From Candidatus Obscuribacteraceae bacterium (GTDB taxonomy: Bacteria > Cyanobacteriota > Vampirovibrionia > Obscuribacterales > Obscuribacteraceae): a stretch of 64,000 nucleotides of DNA. The notes below the pieces were generated by a model. The model was not told the DNA's origin. It did no database searches and saw nothing but the letters and a program-made list of their open reading frames with translations. The position numbers and the translations under genes were made by a program. Where the stretch lies: contig JBGAHS010000011.1 of the NCBI GenBank assembly GCA_044226015.1, forward strand, positions 128,001 to 192,000. Reading direction: 5' to 3'. Shown piece by piece: positions 19,331 to 29,042 of the stretch; position 1 is the stretch's first letter, and each line of letters opens with the position of its first letter.

Positions 19331-19731
19331 CCTCTTCACCATTTGGAAATATTTTCGATAAGCTCAAGTCGTCCACAAAGCAAGCAGCTGACCAGATGAA
19401 GTTGGCAGGACGTATTGCTGGTCTTAAAGTTGAGCGAAGCACACAAAAAGCTGAGCGCGAACGCCTCTTAAAGGAAATCGGCAGTAAGACATTTTCTGTG
19501 TTCAGCAAAAATCGTACTCTCGACAAGACTGCATTAGAAGAAGAGCTGACCAACGAACTGCATCACATTGAGAGAATAGACAAGCGGCTTTTAGAAATTG
19601 AAGACGAAATTGCAGAGCTGCAACAAGAACTTGTTAAGACAGGTGCCAAGGTAGAAATCGTTGAAGCCGACGAAGTTGAAGAAGACTCCGAAAGCGACGA
19701 AGATGATACAAAAGCAAAAAAAAAGAAGTAG
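19327..19731 (+). CDS. Hypothetical coiled-coil protein
   Basis: ATGA overlap with lysC; helical charged sequence with acidic/basic tail. Confidence 0.65.
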   Translation: MTSSPFGNIFDKLKSSTKQAADQMKLAGRIAGLKVERSTQKAERERLLKEIGSKTFSVFSKNRTLDKTALEEELTNELHHIERIDKRLLEIEDEIAELQQELVKTGAKVEIVEADEVEEDSESDEDDTKAKKKK

Positions 19732-19750
19732 AACATCAGAGGAGATGAAG

Positions 19751-20410
19751 ATGAAAAACTCAGCAGTAAAATGGATTATCCTGTCCATAACGCTGGCAAT
19801 TGCCTGCCCTCTCGCTCTGGCTGATGTGACATCGCCACAAATCAAAGATAAAGGCAAGAAATACACCACTGAAAAGGCAGACAGCGGTTGGTACGGCACG
19901 AGCTCGTCAGCAAGACTTGTCGAAGCTTCTGAACTACGAATTCACGTTGAGAATATGCTCGCAAACGGTGAATGGGAAAAAGCAATTCCAAAAGCAAAGA
20001 AAGCGGTACAACTGGACCCAGGCGATCCCCAAGGGCATATTTACCTCGCGCGCGCTCTGACTATGAAGTTCTACCAGACAAAGGGTGAGCCAGACGAGAA
20101 GCTCTTGCAGGAATGTATGCTGGAATGGGACTTGATTCGTCGTCACGACGCTGACCCATCAGAACAGTGGGAAGCCGGCACCGAAGTAAAAAAACTGGTA
20201 AAGATTGCAAAAGCAATTGAGAAAGATAAGATACGCCGTGAAAAAGAAAAGCTTGAACGCGGTGATTCTCAGGTTGCCGATTCCGGTGCCACCGGAGCCA
20301 CTGTGAAACTGAAAACAGCAAGCTCATCAGGCGCACAAGTGACAGAAGACGATAACAAAGACTCCAAGAAAGGTGCTCAGAAAAAATCTCGCTGGAGAAT
20401 GATGTTCTAA
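19751..20410 (+). CDS. Exported TPR protein (start 19745 or 19751)
   Basis: GAGGAG RBS; signal peptide WIILSITLAIACPLALA; TPR AKKAVQLDPGDPQGHIYLARAL. Confidence 0.75.
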   Translation: MKNSAVKWIILSITLAIACPLALADVTSPQIKDKGKKYTTEKADSGWYGTSSSARLVEASELRIHVENMLANGEWEKAIPKAKKAVQLDPGDPQGHIYLARALTMKFYQTKGEPDEKLLQECMLEWDLIRRHDADPSEQWEAGTEVKKLVKIAKAIEKDKIRREKEKLERGDSQVADSGATGATVKLKTASSSGAQVTEDDNKDSKKGAQKKSRWRMMF

Positions 20411-20475
20411 GACAATTCAAGAGTTTATCTGATTTGGACTTGAGTCAGAAAACAAGAATTAGAATTAGGATCTAG

Positions 20476-20506
20476 GAAAGCACCGCATGCGGTGCTTTCT
20501 CTTTTG
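20476..20506. terminator. Probable bidirectional terminator
   Basis: Perfect 24-bp palindrome GAAAGCACCGCATGCGGTGCTTTC plus T-rich tail, between convergent genes. Confidence 0.75.
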
Positions 20507-20516
20507 CTGAATTGCA

Positions 20517-23500
20517 TTATGGCTTAGAGCCGGCTCGCTCGTAAGCGCCTTTTGAAGCTCCCATGATAGCGCTCACTACGGCAGTCTTCATCATTCTCTT
20601 ATATGCATTCTGCTCTCTACTATTTTTTGAATTGCGTAACGATGCAATTGATTTGATTTCTGTCATTGCAGATGAAATTGAAAATTCAGAGGAAAACTCC
20701 TTGTTCTTGCCAAATACTTTGGACTGAACTCTTCTGTGACCAATCATATGCAGAGAATTGGCATTGCCCAGTGAGTCCGTTGAATCAGAGGTAATCGTCA
20801 CATGGCTACCTGGCGCAAGATTCAGAGTTCGCCCTTCAAATTTAAAGGAAACATCGCTGGCATGTTCATCATGCAAGTCATAGACAGAGACAGCCTTGTC
20901 ACTTGCTACTACAAGAACGATGCTGCCCTTGCTCAAGGACAAAGAACCAAATCGCGTTTTCACGTCGATATTCCTGTCCGGTGAAAACAAAGCGCATCCT
21001 GCCTCAAGAAAATAAGCACCATCATTGCTGGTTCTCAACAAACTCTGTTGATTCGCATTATCTGCATTATTGCTCAGTCCAGCAATGGTACCCACGAAGA
21101 TGAATGGCTGCTGAGCGATATTTGCATTTTCACCATTTTCAACGTTCTCAGCGCTGTCACCACTCAGTATGTTCATGATGGGACCACTCAAAGAAAGATT
21201 TCCATCAACAGTTATCACTCCGTTGGACATGGGTGGAGCTGATCGGATGGCTCCAGGATCTAACAAAAGCGCAGCCAGGGTGGCATTTGCATTGGCAGAC
21301 TGCGACACTCCACTCTCAAGTAGGCTAGTAGAGCTGCCCGAGTTTGAGGAACCAAGAAAAACTTTGCTGACGAAAACAGACCCAGTGGTGTTTGATGTAA
21401 CAGTTGTATTTGTGGTGGTACGAAGTGGATCAGCGGATGTGCCGATGTCACCGCTAGCGCTGTTAAGATTTAGCGTATTTGCAACAAGTAAACCCGTACC
21501 TGAAATGGTACCGCTGCCGTTTGCATTTAAGTTAATAGTACCAAATCCGGTGTGTACTAAATTCTTAACGACTACACTTCCATTGTTACCCGTAGTCAGA
21601 TTAACCACTCCATTTGGGACGCGAATTAGTGCATTGGAAACGATATCTCCACTCGTGGTCTGGAAGTTCAAAGAACCCGCCTGAACTCGTCCATTCAAAT
21701 TAAGAGTTGCATTTCCCGTAACTGATAGAGTTCCACGTGTCGACAAGACACCATTCTGCCCCATTGATAGAGCAGGAAGGGTATTCGTTTGAATATTGAT
21801 ACTGTTAACCAGGTTAGCAGTGCCCACGAAGTTCAGGGATCCGTCTACAAGAACTGTATTCGTAAAACTGATTGGTGAGACTTCGACATTTACAGGTGAA
21901 ACAAAGTTTCGCAAAGTAAGAACCACATTTTGAGGAACACTTAGCCCGACTAAATCAGGAAAAATGTCAGTCTGTAGCACTACAATATTTCCGCCTATTG
22001 CCTGCCCAGCGGCATTCAATCTAATGTGTCCACCAAGTAGTCCCATGTTTTGCAGTGTTTTTACTTCAGCAGCAACCTGGGGATCTTTCAAGTCCAGACT
22101 GCTGAGTTGAGGAACAACATTTGCAATAACAATGCTTTTGCCGCCGATCGATACATTGCTAGCTTGAGCATCTACTATGACCTTGGAATTAACACCACCT
22201 GCTCTGATCAAATTGGATGGGGGACTCGCCACCAGTCCATTGGCTCCGAGAAAAACCTGTCCTCCGCCGTTAGCGTCTACAACGACATTAGCCACCGGCA
22301 AAGTCGGATTGGACAGAGCTGCAGCGCCAGGTCCCACTGAAATCTCCACTATGGCACCGGAAGGATTGGTCGCGATCAAGTAATCGTGTTTTCCAATAGA
22401 AATTGTGCCTACAGGACTAAGATTTTTCAGAATTAAATTCCCATCGTGAGCGAGAACGTGCACATTGTCTTTTATAACAAGAGCACCACTTGAGGTCGAA
22501 ATGGACAGGTTCCCTTTGCTGGTTAAAACATCTTGCACTGTAATATTGCTGTTCGTCGTCAAATCCAGAGATTTTGATCGACTATTCAAATTACTAATGA
22601 CACCCAGATTGTTGACACCCACGCCACCACTGCTGTGTATCTCAATAGGACCTGACACACTGGTTTCAAGTTTGCCCGAGCTGGATTTTATCCCACCATC
22701 TCCGCTAATCAGAACAAGATTGGAAGCACTAAGCGTACCGCTGGATTGAAACACAGAGCCATCTGAAGTTCTGCCGATCCCCGGAGAAGTATTGCTGCCC
22801 TGCAATAAGGCACTGTTGGCAGTGATGCTGCCATTCACCAGTAATGAACCACCGCCAATTGCAGCTAAACCTGCTCGTTCCGAAACGGCGACTGAGCCAT
22901 TCAGAGTCAAATCGCCACGCTCCATGATGACAAAATTTCGACCGACAAAACCATTATTCAGTGTCAGCTTACTGCTGACATTGTCATTGTAAATAAAGAC
23001 ATCGCGACCTGACGATGGCAGATTCAAGACAGAAGCAGTATTAACCAGAGGTTTTAGCGGTGCACCGATATCAGTCACAGCCTGCAAGTTCAAGGTACTT
23101 GCATTGACCATCGAATTTGTTGAGAGAATGCTCGAACCCGAACGAATATCTACAACACCTGAGGCTGAGACATTTCTGTTCAGGAAAACTCCAGAACTGC
23201 CTCCGCTAGCATCGAGGAGAATACCCTGGTCCGCTTGCAAGACACCACTTACTGCAATACCAGGCGCAACAAGATTGAAGTTTCGTCCTCTAGACGGCAA
23301 GCCTCCTGCACCACCGAGAGTAACTGCGTTTGTACTTGTTATTTGAACATCACCTGCAGAACGAGCGAGAACTTCGGATGCAGATGTGCTTCCAACTTGT
23401 ATTCCACCAGTCGAAGATAGCGCTCCAAGAAAAGTGGTAGTGACACTATTGGCGGTGACGCCAGCGCCTCTGCCTTGAGCAACAAGAATAACTGTATCTG

Positions 23501-26500
23501 GTGCAGAAAGATTGCCGACGTTTATGCTTCCATTGCGCGACTCTAACATTATTCTCTGGCTAGACAAATTGCTCAGCCCAATTGCGTCATTGATAGCAGC
23601 ATTCGTTGTGACCGTTATAATGCCCTTTGGACCTGGGGCATCAACACTGTTTTGAATCGAAAGAGTGTTCGACTCAATATTGATAGCACCGGCCTTGATG
23701 GTGCCTGAGACATTCAGATTTGCGGTGGAATCAAAAATGAAGATGCCAGCTTGTGAACTCAGGAGATTCAGATTATTTGACTTGCTATCAATATAAGTAC
23801 CTGCGAAGCTGTTAAAGGTCAGAAACTCGCTGTTTACGGACATTGCTCCCTTTACAGATCCAATATTGCCTCTCGCCGAATTCATACTTATGAAATCAGC
23901 TGTAAGACCAGATTTATTGGACACTATATCTTCGCTTGCGTTTATGTAAATGGATCCAAAACTGGCTTGACCGCGAGCACTTGTTACAGCGCCGGTGTAG
24001 ATCGAACCAAAAGGTTGCTGATTAGCTACTGATGAAGAGTGAGCGGACAAGCTGACTAGATGATTGTTAGCGGAACCTATCTTTACATTAGGAAGATAGA
24101 TGTCACCGCCTGTGCTGCTGGGTCCACCAAGAACTAGCCATTGCTGTTGTCCCGGACTTGTACCGTAGGTTCTAGAAGCAGCAAGGGTACCTGCTGCCAT
24201 AATGATAGAGCCGCTAGGTCTGGAACCGCTCCCCGCCGTGACTATTGAGCCTCCACTGGCGCCAGGAGCAATGATGTTGCCTGAAGCGAGTACTACAAGG
24301 TCACCGGTCGCTTTTTGCCCTCCAGACATATAGTTTGTCAAACTAACATCACCGCTGCCATTTTGTATGAGAGTTGTAGGTGATGTCTCAAGAACGACAC
24401 CATTGCCATTAGCAATATTCAAACCAAAGCTAGTAAACCATGAGAGGTTTCCGAATAGCATGGGCTTTACCAAGAAGTCGACATTGCTAGGTCTTGTTAG
24501 AAAAGTGATGGACCCACCAGTCACAACCGGCGCCTTCCCACCCCCAGAAGGGAGAATGGCAGATACGCCTTGTATGGTGATATTGCTTGCTTGCAAGCTA
24601 ATGACACCACCCCGCCCGATTTCAGCAACTGGGTCAGAAGTAACACAAGGAGTACAAAGGTTGAATAACGGAATAAATGTTCGGGTCTTTACGATAGAAA
24701 TTTGAGTGCCACCAGCTGCCGATACGGTACCTCTCACATCAATGTTGCCGCCAGCGCGAAACTCAATTTGTCCGCCCACTGATGCAGGACCCGAGGTGTG
24801 AGTTGGGGTTTGGGTTAGTCCAACATTTAAGCCACCGATGCTTCTTTGCGAGGCACCTGCAGTACCCATAGAGACAGGTGCCACGATGCCATGCCCAAAT
24901 CCAGTTATAGGTGCGATAACGCTGTTGCCGCCACTTATATTAGCTAAACCAAGTGACAGATCTACGCTGTTACCCGTGCCCTGAGTGGTGCGCGTCACAA
25001 CGCCATCGAAATTTACACCTGGAATACCTACAAATGTTGCCAATCCAGGAGCAACATCGATAATGTCGTGCCTGGCAAACTCACCATGAGAACTAACAGA
25101 AATATACAAGGGGTTAGATAGACTTTCTGAAATGCCCAGTTGAAGATTGAAGGTGCTTTCACCCTGAAGATTCGCATGATTCAAGAAAAGCACCTGACCT
25201 GGTCCCAAATTCAGAGCCAGATTTGTAATATCGTAGGTTTGCAAGCCACCGATAGTGAAGTTGTCGATAGTGACCGCACCAAGAAGCCCCAGTGTTGGTC
25301 CGATTATAGAGGCAAGAAAACTCCCATCATCCGTAAGCGATGCTCCAAGAGTCAAACCCAAATAAATTCGCGTAGCACCATAGGAGCCATCGCGTCCGTT
25401 TAATCCGGCATAACCGGGATTACCACCGTTGCCACCTGAAGCATTTGCATTCCCGTTTACGTTGATGTCACCTTTTGGCGCAAGAAACGATATGGTGCCA
25501 CCATTACCGCCGACACCTCCGATACCTCCACCTCCGCCAACGCCGCCTTGCCCGCCTGGAGAACCAACAAAGCCTATGTTTATGGAAACGCCTGCGTTAA
25601 GTGCAAATCCGCCACGTGGAAGGTTTTGCCCGTTTGCTGAACCCTGCAAGAAAATGCCCGCACCACTGGTTGCGCCATTACCACCATTTCCACCGGCGCC
25701 ACCATTCCCGCCATTGCCACCATTGCCTCCAGCGGCAATGACGCCTGTGGGGGCCGATTGAATGGTTGGAGCCGGCAACGACACTGTTTGAAAGCCATCG
25801 TTAAAGGATGTCGAATAAACATGAGTTAGCGGAGTGACAGACAGAGTGTTCGCACCTATTCCAAGAACGATGAGTTGCTCAGAGCGCTCGGCGCTGCTTA
25901 AAGTAATACGTTGTCCTATGAAATAGCCTGTCGTTGACGAAACTTGCAACACGCTGGCCCCAGGCAAGAAGAAAACATTTTTGCCTGATTGAATGTCAAG
26001 GAAGGCGCCGTTATTCACAGACTGAACACCAGAAATGGGTCCTTCTGTCGGGCTGATGGAGATATTATTATTGTTGGACTTGATGACTATCGTGCCACCA
26101 TCTCCACCCGAACCGCCACCACCACCTGCATTGGCCGAGCCACCATTGCCCCCAGAACCAGCGGAACCACCGACAGCCGCCGAACCGCCTCTGCCACCAT
26201 TCGTACCATCACCGCCTGCTCCACCATCGCCACCATTGCCGCCATCTCCTCCAATGGTATGAACATTACCGGCGATGGACACTAACTGAGAGGTGTTTAT
26301 CTGAATGTAGCCGCCTTCTCCGCCTGCACCACCACCGCCACCACTTCCTGCGCCTCCACCATCGCCTCCAGAACCGCCATTCCGTCCGACAAAAGCAACC
26401 GTTCCGTTTCTACCGGCGGCCCCGGCATTGTTTCCAGCACCGCCATCACCTCCGATTCCGCCGTCTCCTCCATTGGCAAATATGGACGAACTATCCAAGA

Positions 26501-28757
26501 ATTGCCCATTCGAAACAGTTATATTGAGAGTTCCAGCGTCACCGCCGTCGCCACCCCCGTGTCCACTTTCGCCAGCACCGCCATTTCCAGCATTTCCGGC
26601 ACCGCCCGCAAGCAAGTTTCCACCTCCATCAAGTCCGCGACCGCCTTTGCCTCCAGAGCCTCCAGCACCACCCGCGGCACCAAAACCTCCACTAACGTCG
26701 ATGCGTCCTGAAACACTTATATCAGAACTCGTCGTCAGTTGAACAAGTCCAGAGTTTCCACCATAACCGCCAGTACCAGCTTGCCCACCCCGTCCACCAT
26801 AATTACCATCGCCACCAGTTCCAGATCTACCAACAGCACCTACTGAGCCGCGATTTCCGCCATCAGCCCCATCGCCGCCGTCACCACCAGAACCTCCAAG
26901 TCCACCAAGCCCACCAGAAGCCGATAGGCTCTGAAGATTTAGCTGACCAGCAATTATGCTGACCTGAGAACTGTTGCCACCATGACCACCATCTCCGCCA
27001 TGACCACCGGCGCCACCATATCCGCCATTACCGCCTCTGCCACCGGTTCCAAATGTGGCGACATTCCCACCACGTCCACCAGCCTGACCGCTACCGCCAT
27101 CACCACCTGTGCCTCCTTGCCCTCCTCGACCTCCATTTGCCACGATACTTCCGACATTCACCAGCCCTGCCGTAGTGAGGAATATTGGACCTGCGTTTGC
27201 ACCATTGCCTCCAGAACCGGCATCAGTACCTCTGCCACCGTTGAGTCCATCTACGCCACGTCCACCGGTGCCAGAAGTTCTGTTAGTACCGGCTGCAGCG
27301 GAAGTACCTGTATAATCTGCTCCAAGAACACCTAAACTCCCAGCTCCTCCAGCACCACCCGAGGTGACTATGCTAGAAACTGTGATGGCACCAGTAGCGC
27401 CCATTACGACCGTGCCACCAGCTCTGCCATTGCCCCCCGGAAAACCATCGAAGCCAGTTGTTTCAACAGTGCCTACAGTGATATTTCCTTTGCCTGCCAC
27501 ATTGTTTGTATTCTGAGCCTGCAGATTTACGATGCCACCGAAATTCCTTAATGTGAGTTGAGGCATGTTGATGTTGCCACCAGATGCGCTTCGACCCGAA
27601 ATGTTGCCATTTGAATCAAATGTTACCCCGGCTCCGATTCGTATAACACTTTGCCTTAGAGTGTTCGAAGCATCAATCGTACCTGAGCCTGTTATGGTGA
27701 CGTCGCCAGATGCCAGAGCAATAAAGTTTTGACCCGAAGTAAAAAAGTAAGAGTTTAGCGAGCCGCCAAGATCGTTGTCATTCCCTGGTATTGTTAGTAC
27801 TAAGGATCCGTTACCGTTTAGAAAAACAGGATCATTAGTAAGAACGGCCGAGCCAATATCAAGCACTCCACCTTTCACTTTGACAGAAGTTGATGCCGAG
27901 TCGATACTGACTGATCCATTCAAGGTGCCAGCATCAACATTCACAGCATTGCTTGGACTTAAAAAGCTAATGTTCTTTGCTGTGATGTCGCCACCACTCA
28001 GCTTGATACCATCGCGGATTTTAGAGCCAGTCGACTGCAGCAATTCATTTACTATTGAAACATTCTGACTCGCGTTAATCTGTCCCAGAGTATTCTGAAT
28101 CAACAGTGCATTGTTCGAAATTGAATGTATATCGATGGAACCATTGAGACTTTGAAGAACACCACTACGATTATTCAATAGGGCTGTGGCTGCATTCAAA
28201 TTACCTATTTGTGTGGAGATTACCCCACTGTTTACTATTGAAGTAATTGCACTCAAGTTAACATTTTGAGCCGCCGAAAGCACCCCGGATGAAGTATTGG
28301 TTATGGTATTACCAGCAGTGACAGACAGATTTGCAGCAGAACTTATCTGTCCGTAATTCGTGAAGTTTCGCGTTGCTGCAAATGACAGAGATAGAGTATT
28401 TGCAAGGAATATTGGATCAATGTTGAGCCCAGTAAAACCGCCGGCAGGCATAACGGAAGTAATAAGTGCACGCGAATAGTTCGTTATGTTGAGAGCTGAA
28501 AATTTCGCTACATTGACACTGGGATCGCTTGAATAGGCAAATATTGTTCCAGCATTAGCCAGATTGCCCTTCAAGGCAAAACCCTTTGAACCAAGTTGAC
28601 CGAAGTCAATTGCCACAACCTGATTTTTCGAGACGCTAAGCGCTCCCGATGATGGAACCTTTGTTATCGTTTCTGCTGCAAAAGACCTGTTGCTAGCAGA
28701 AGCGATCAAAGAACAAGACACGAATAAGGGCCAAAAGGTCTTTCGCGGTCGAGCCAT
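20517..28757 (-). CDS. Giant exoprotein 2 (2746 aa) with PGRS-like glycine-rich block
   Basis: GGAG RBS; signal peptide MARPRKTFWPLFVSCSLIASASNRSFA; GGxGGxGG tracts ~27450-26090 and ~25745-25430; shared N/C modules. Confidence 0.85.
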   Translation of the reverse strand: MARPRKTFWPLFVSCSLIASASNRSFAAETITKVPSSGALSVSKNQVVAIDFGQLGSKGFALKGNLANAGTIFAYSSDPSVNVAKFSALNITNYSRALITSVMPAGGFTGLNIDPIFLANTLSLSFAATRNFTNYGQISSAANLSVTAGNTITNTSSGVLSAAQNVNLSAITSIVNSGVISTQIGNLNAATALLNNRSGVLQSLNGSIDIHSISNNALLIQNTLGQINASQNVSIVNELLQSTGSKIRDGIKLSGGDITAKNISFLSPSNAVNVDAGTLNGSVSIDSASTSVKVKGGVLDIGSAVLTNDPVFLNGNGSLVLTIPGNDNDLGGSLNSYFFTSGQNFIALASGDVTITGSGTIDASNTLRQSVIRIGAGVTFDSNGNISGRSASGGNINMPQLTLRNFGGIVNLQAQNTNNVAGKGNITVGTVETTGFDGFPGGNGRAGGTVVMGATGAITVSSIVTSGGAGGAGSLGVLGADYTGTSAAAGTNRTSGTGGRGVDGLNGGRGTDAGSGGNGANAGPIFLTTAGLVNVGSIVANGGRGGQGGTGGDGGSGQAGGRGGNVATFGTGGRGGNGGYGGAGGHGGDGGHGGNSSQVSIIAGQLNLQSLSASGGLGGLGGSGGDGGDGADGGNRGSVGAVGRSGTGGDGNYGGRGGQAGTGGYGGNSGLVQLTTSSDISVSGRIDVSGGFGAAGGAGGSGGKGGRGLDGGGNLLAGGAGNAGNGGAGESGHGGGDGGDAGTLNITVSNGQFLDSSSIFANGGDGGIGGDGGAGNNAGAAGRNGTVAFVGRNGGSGGDGGGAGSGGGGGAGGEGGYIQINTSQLVSIAGNVHTIGGDGGNGGDGGAGGDGTNGGRGGSAAVGGSAGSGGNGGSANAGGGGGSGGDGGTIVIKSNNNNISISPTEGPISGVQSVNNGAFLDIQSGKNVFFLPGASVLQVSSTTGYFIGQRITLSSAERSEQLIVLGIGANTLSVTPLTHVYSTSFNDGFQTVSLPAPTIQSAPTGVIAAGGNGGNGGNGGAGGNGGNGATSGAGIFLQGSANGQNLPRGGFALNAGVSINIGFVGSPGGQGGVGGGGGIGGVGGNGGTISFLAPKGDINVNGNANASGGNGGNPGYAGLNGRDGSYGATRIYLGLTLGASLTDDGSFLASIIGPTLGLLGAVTIDNFTIGGLQTYDITNLALNLGPGQVLFLNHANLQGESTFNLQLGISESLSNPLYISVSSHGEFARHDIIDVAPGLATFVGIPGVNFDGVVTRTTQGTGNSVDLSLGLANISGGNSVIAPITGFGHGIVAPVSMGTAGASQRSIGGLNVGLTQTPTHTSGPASVGGQIEFRAGGNIDVRGTVSAAGGTQISIVKTRTFIPLFNLCTPCVTSDPVAEIGRGGVISLQASNITIQGVSAILPSGGGKAPVVTGGSITFLTRPSNVDFLVKPMLFGNLSWFTSFGLNIANGNGVVLETSPTTLIQNGSGDVSLTNYMSGGQKATGDLVVLASGNIIAPGASGGSIVTAGSGSRPSGSIIMAAGTLAASRTYGTSPGQQQWLVLGGPSSTGGDIYLPNVKIGSANNHLVSLSAHSSSVANQQPFGSIYTGAVTSARGQASFGSIYINASEDIVSNKSGLTADFISMNSARGNIGSVKGAMSVNSEFLTFNSFAGTYIDSKSNNLNLLSSQAGIFIFDSTANLNVSGTIKAGAINIESNTLSIQNSVDAPGPKGIITVTTNAAINDAIGLSNLSSQRIMLESRNGSINVGNLSAPDTVILVAQGRGAGVTANSVTTTFLGALSSTGGIQVGSTSASEVLARSAGDVQITSTNAVTLGGAGGLPSRGRNFNLVAPGIAVSGVLQADQGILLDASGGSSGVFLNRNVSASGVVDIRSGSSILSTNSMVNASTLNLQAVTDIGAPLKPLVNTASVLNLPSSGRDVFIYNDNVSSKLTLNNGFVGRNFVIMERGDLTLNGSVAVSERAGLAAIGGGSLLVNGSITANSALLQGSNTSPGIGRTSDGSVFQSSGTLSASNLVLISGDGGIKSSSGKLETSVSGPIEIHSSGGVGVNNLGVISNLNSRSKSLDLTTNSNITVQDVLTSKGNLSISTSSGALVIKDNVHVLAHDGNLILKNLSPVGTISIGKHDYLIATNPSGAIVEISVGPGAAALSNPTLPVANVVVDANGGGQVFLGANGLVASPPSNLIRAGGVNSKVIVDAQASNVSIGGKSIVIANVVPQLSSLDLKDPQVAAEVKTLQNMGLLGGHIRLNAAGQAIGGNIVVLQTDIFPDLVGLSVPQNVVLTLRNFVSPVNVEVSPISFTNTVLVDGSLNFVGTANLVNSINIQTNTLPALSMGQNGVLSTRGTLSVTGNATLNLNGRVQAGSLNFQTTSGDIVSNALIRVPNGVVNLTTGNNGSVVVKNLVHTGFGTINLNANGSGTISGTGLLVANTLNLNSASGDIGTSADPLRTTTNTTVTSNTTGSVFVSKVFLGSSNSGSSTSLLESGVSQSANANATLAALLLDPGAIRSAPPMSNGVITVDGNLSLSGPIMNILSGDSAENVENGENANIAQQPFIFVGTIAGLSNNADNANQQSLLRTSNDGAYFLEAGCALFSPDRNIDVKTRFGSLSLSKGSIVLVVASDKAVSVYDLHDEHASDVSFKFEGRTLNLAPGSHVTITSDSTDSLGNANSLHMIGHRRVQSKVFGKNKEFSSEFSISSAMTEIKSIASLRNSKNSREQNAYKRMMKTAVVSAIMGASKGAYERAGSKP

Positions 28758-29042
28758 AAAGTCTCCCGTGTGCTTGATTATTAAGTAACCGATGACCCAC
28801 TTTCATCTTATCGTATATTGCACACCCTACCATCCTCCAAAATGCCTAGTACCGTAGTTTTCCAACCAATCAGTTAGTGAAGGACTAGCTTTAGAGAGGT
28901 ATTCCGCATATTAGTAGGCTTTGAAGGTCACAGATTAAATCTCGCGACGAGGCAATCGACTACAAAATTAGCCGAAAAACTTCGTTGAAAGTCGCAAATA
29001 GTGAGTCGCTTTACCCGGCAAGCAACCCAAACTCACATGAAT

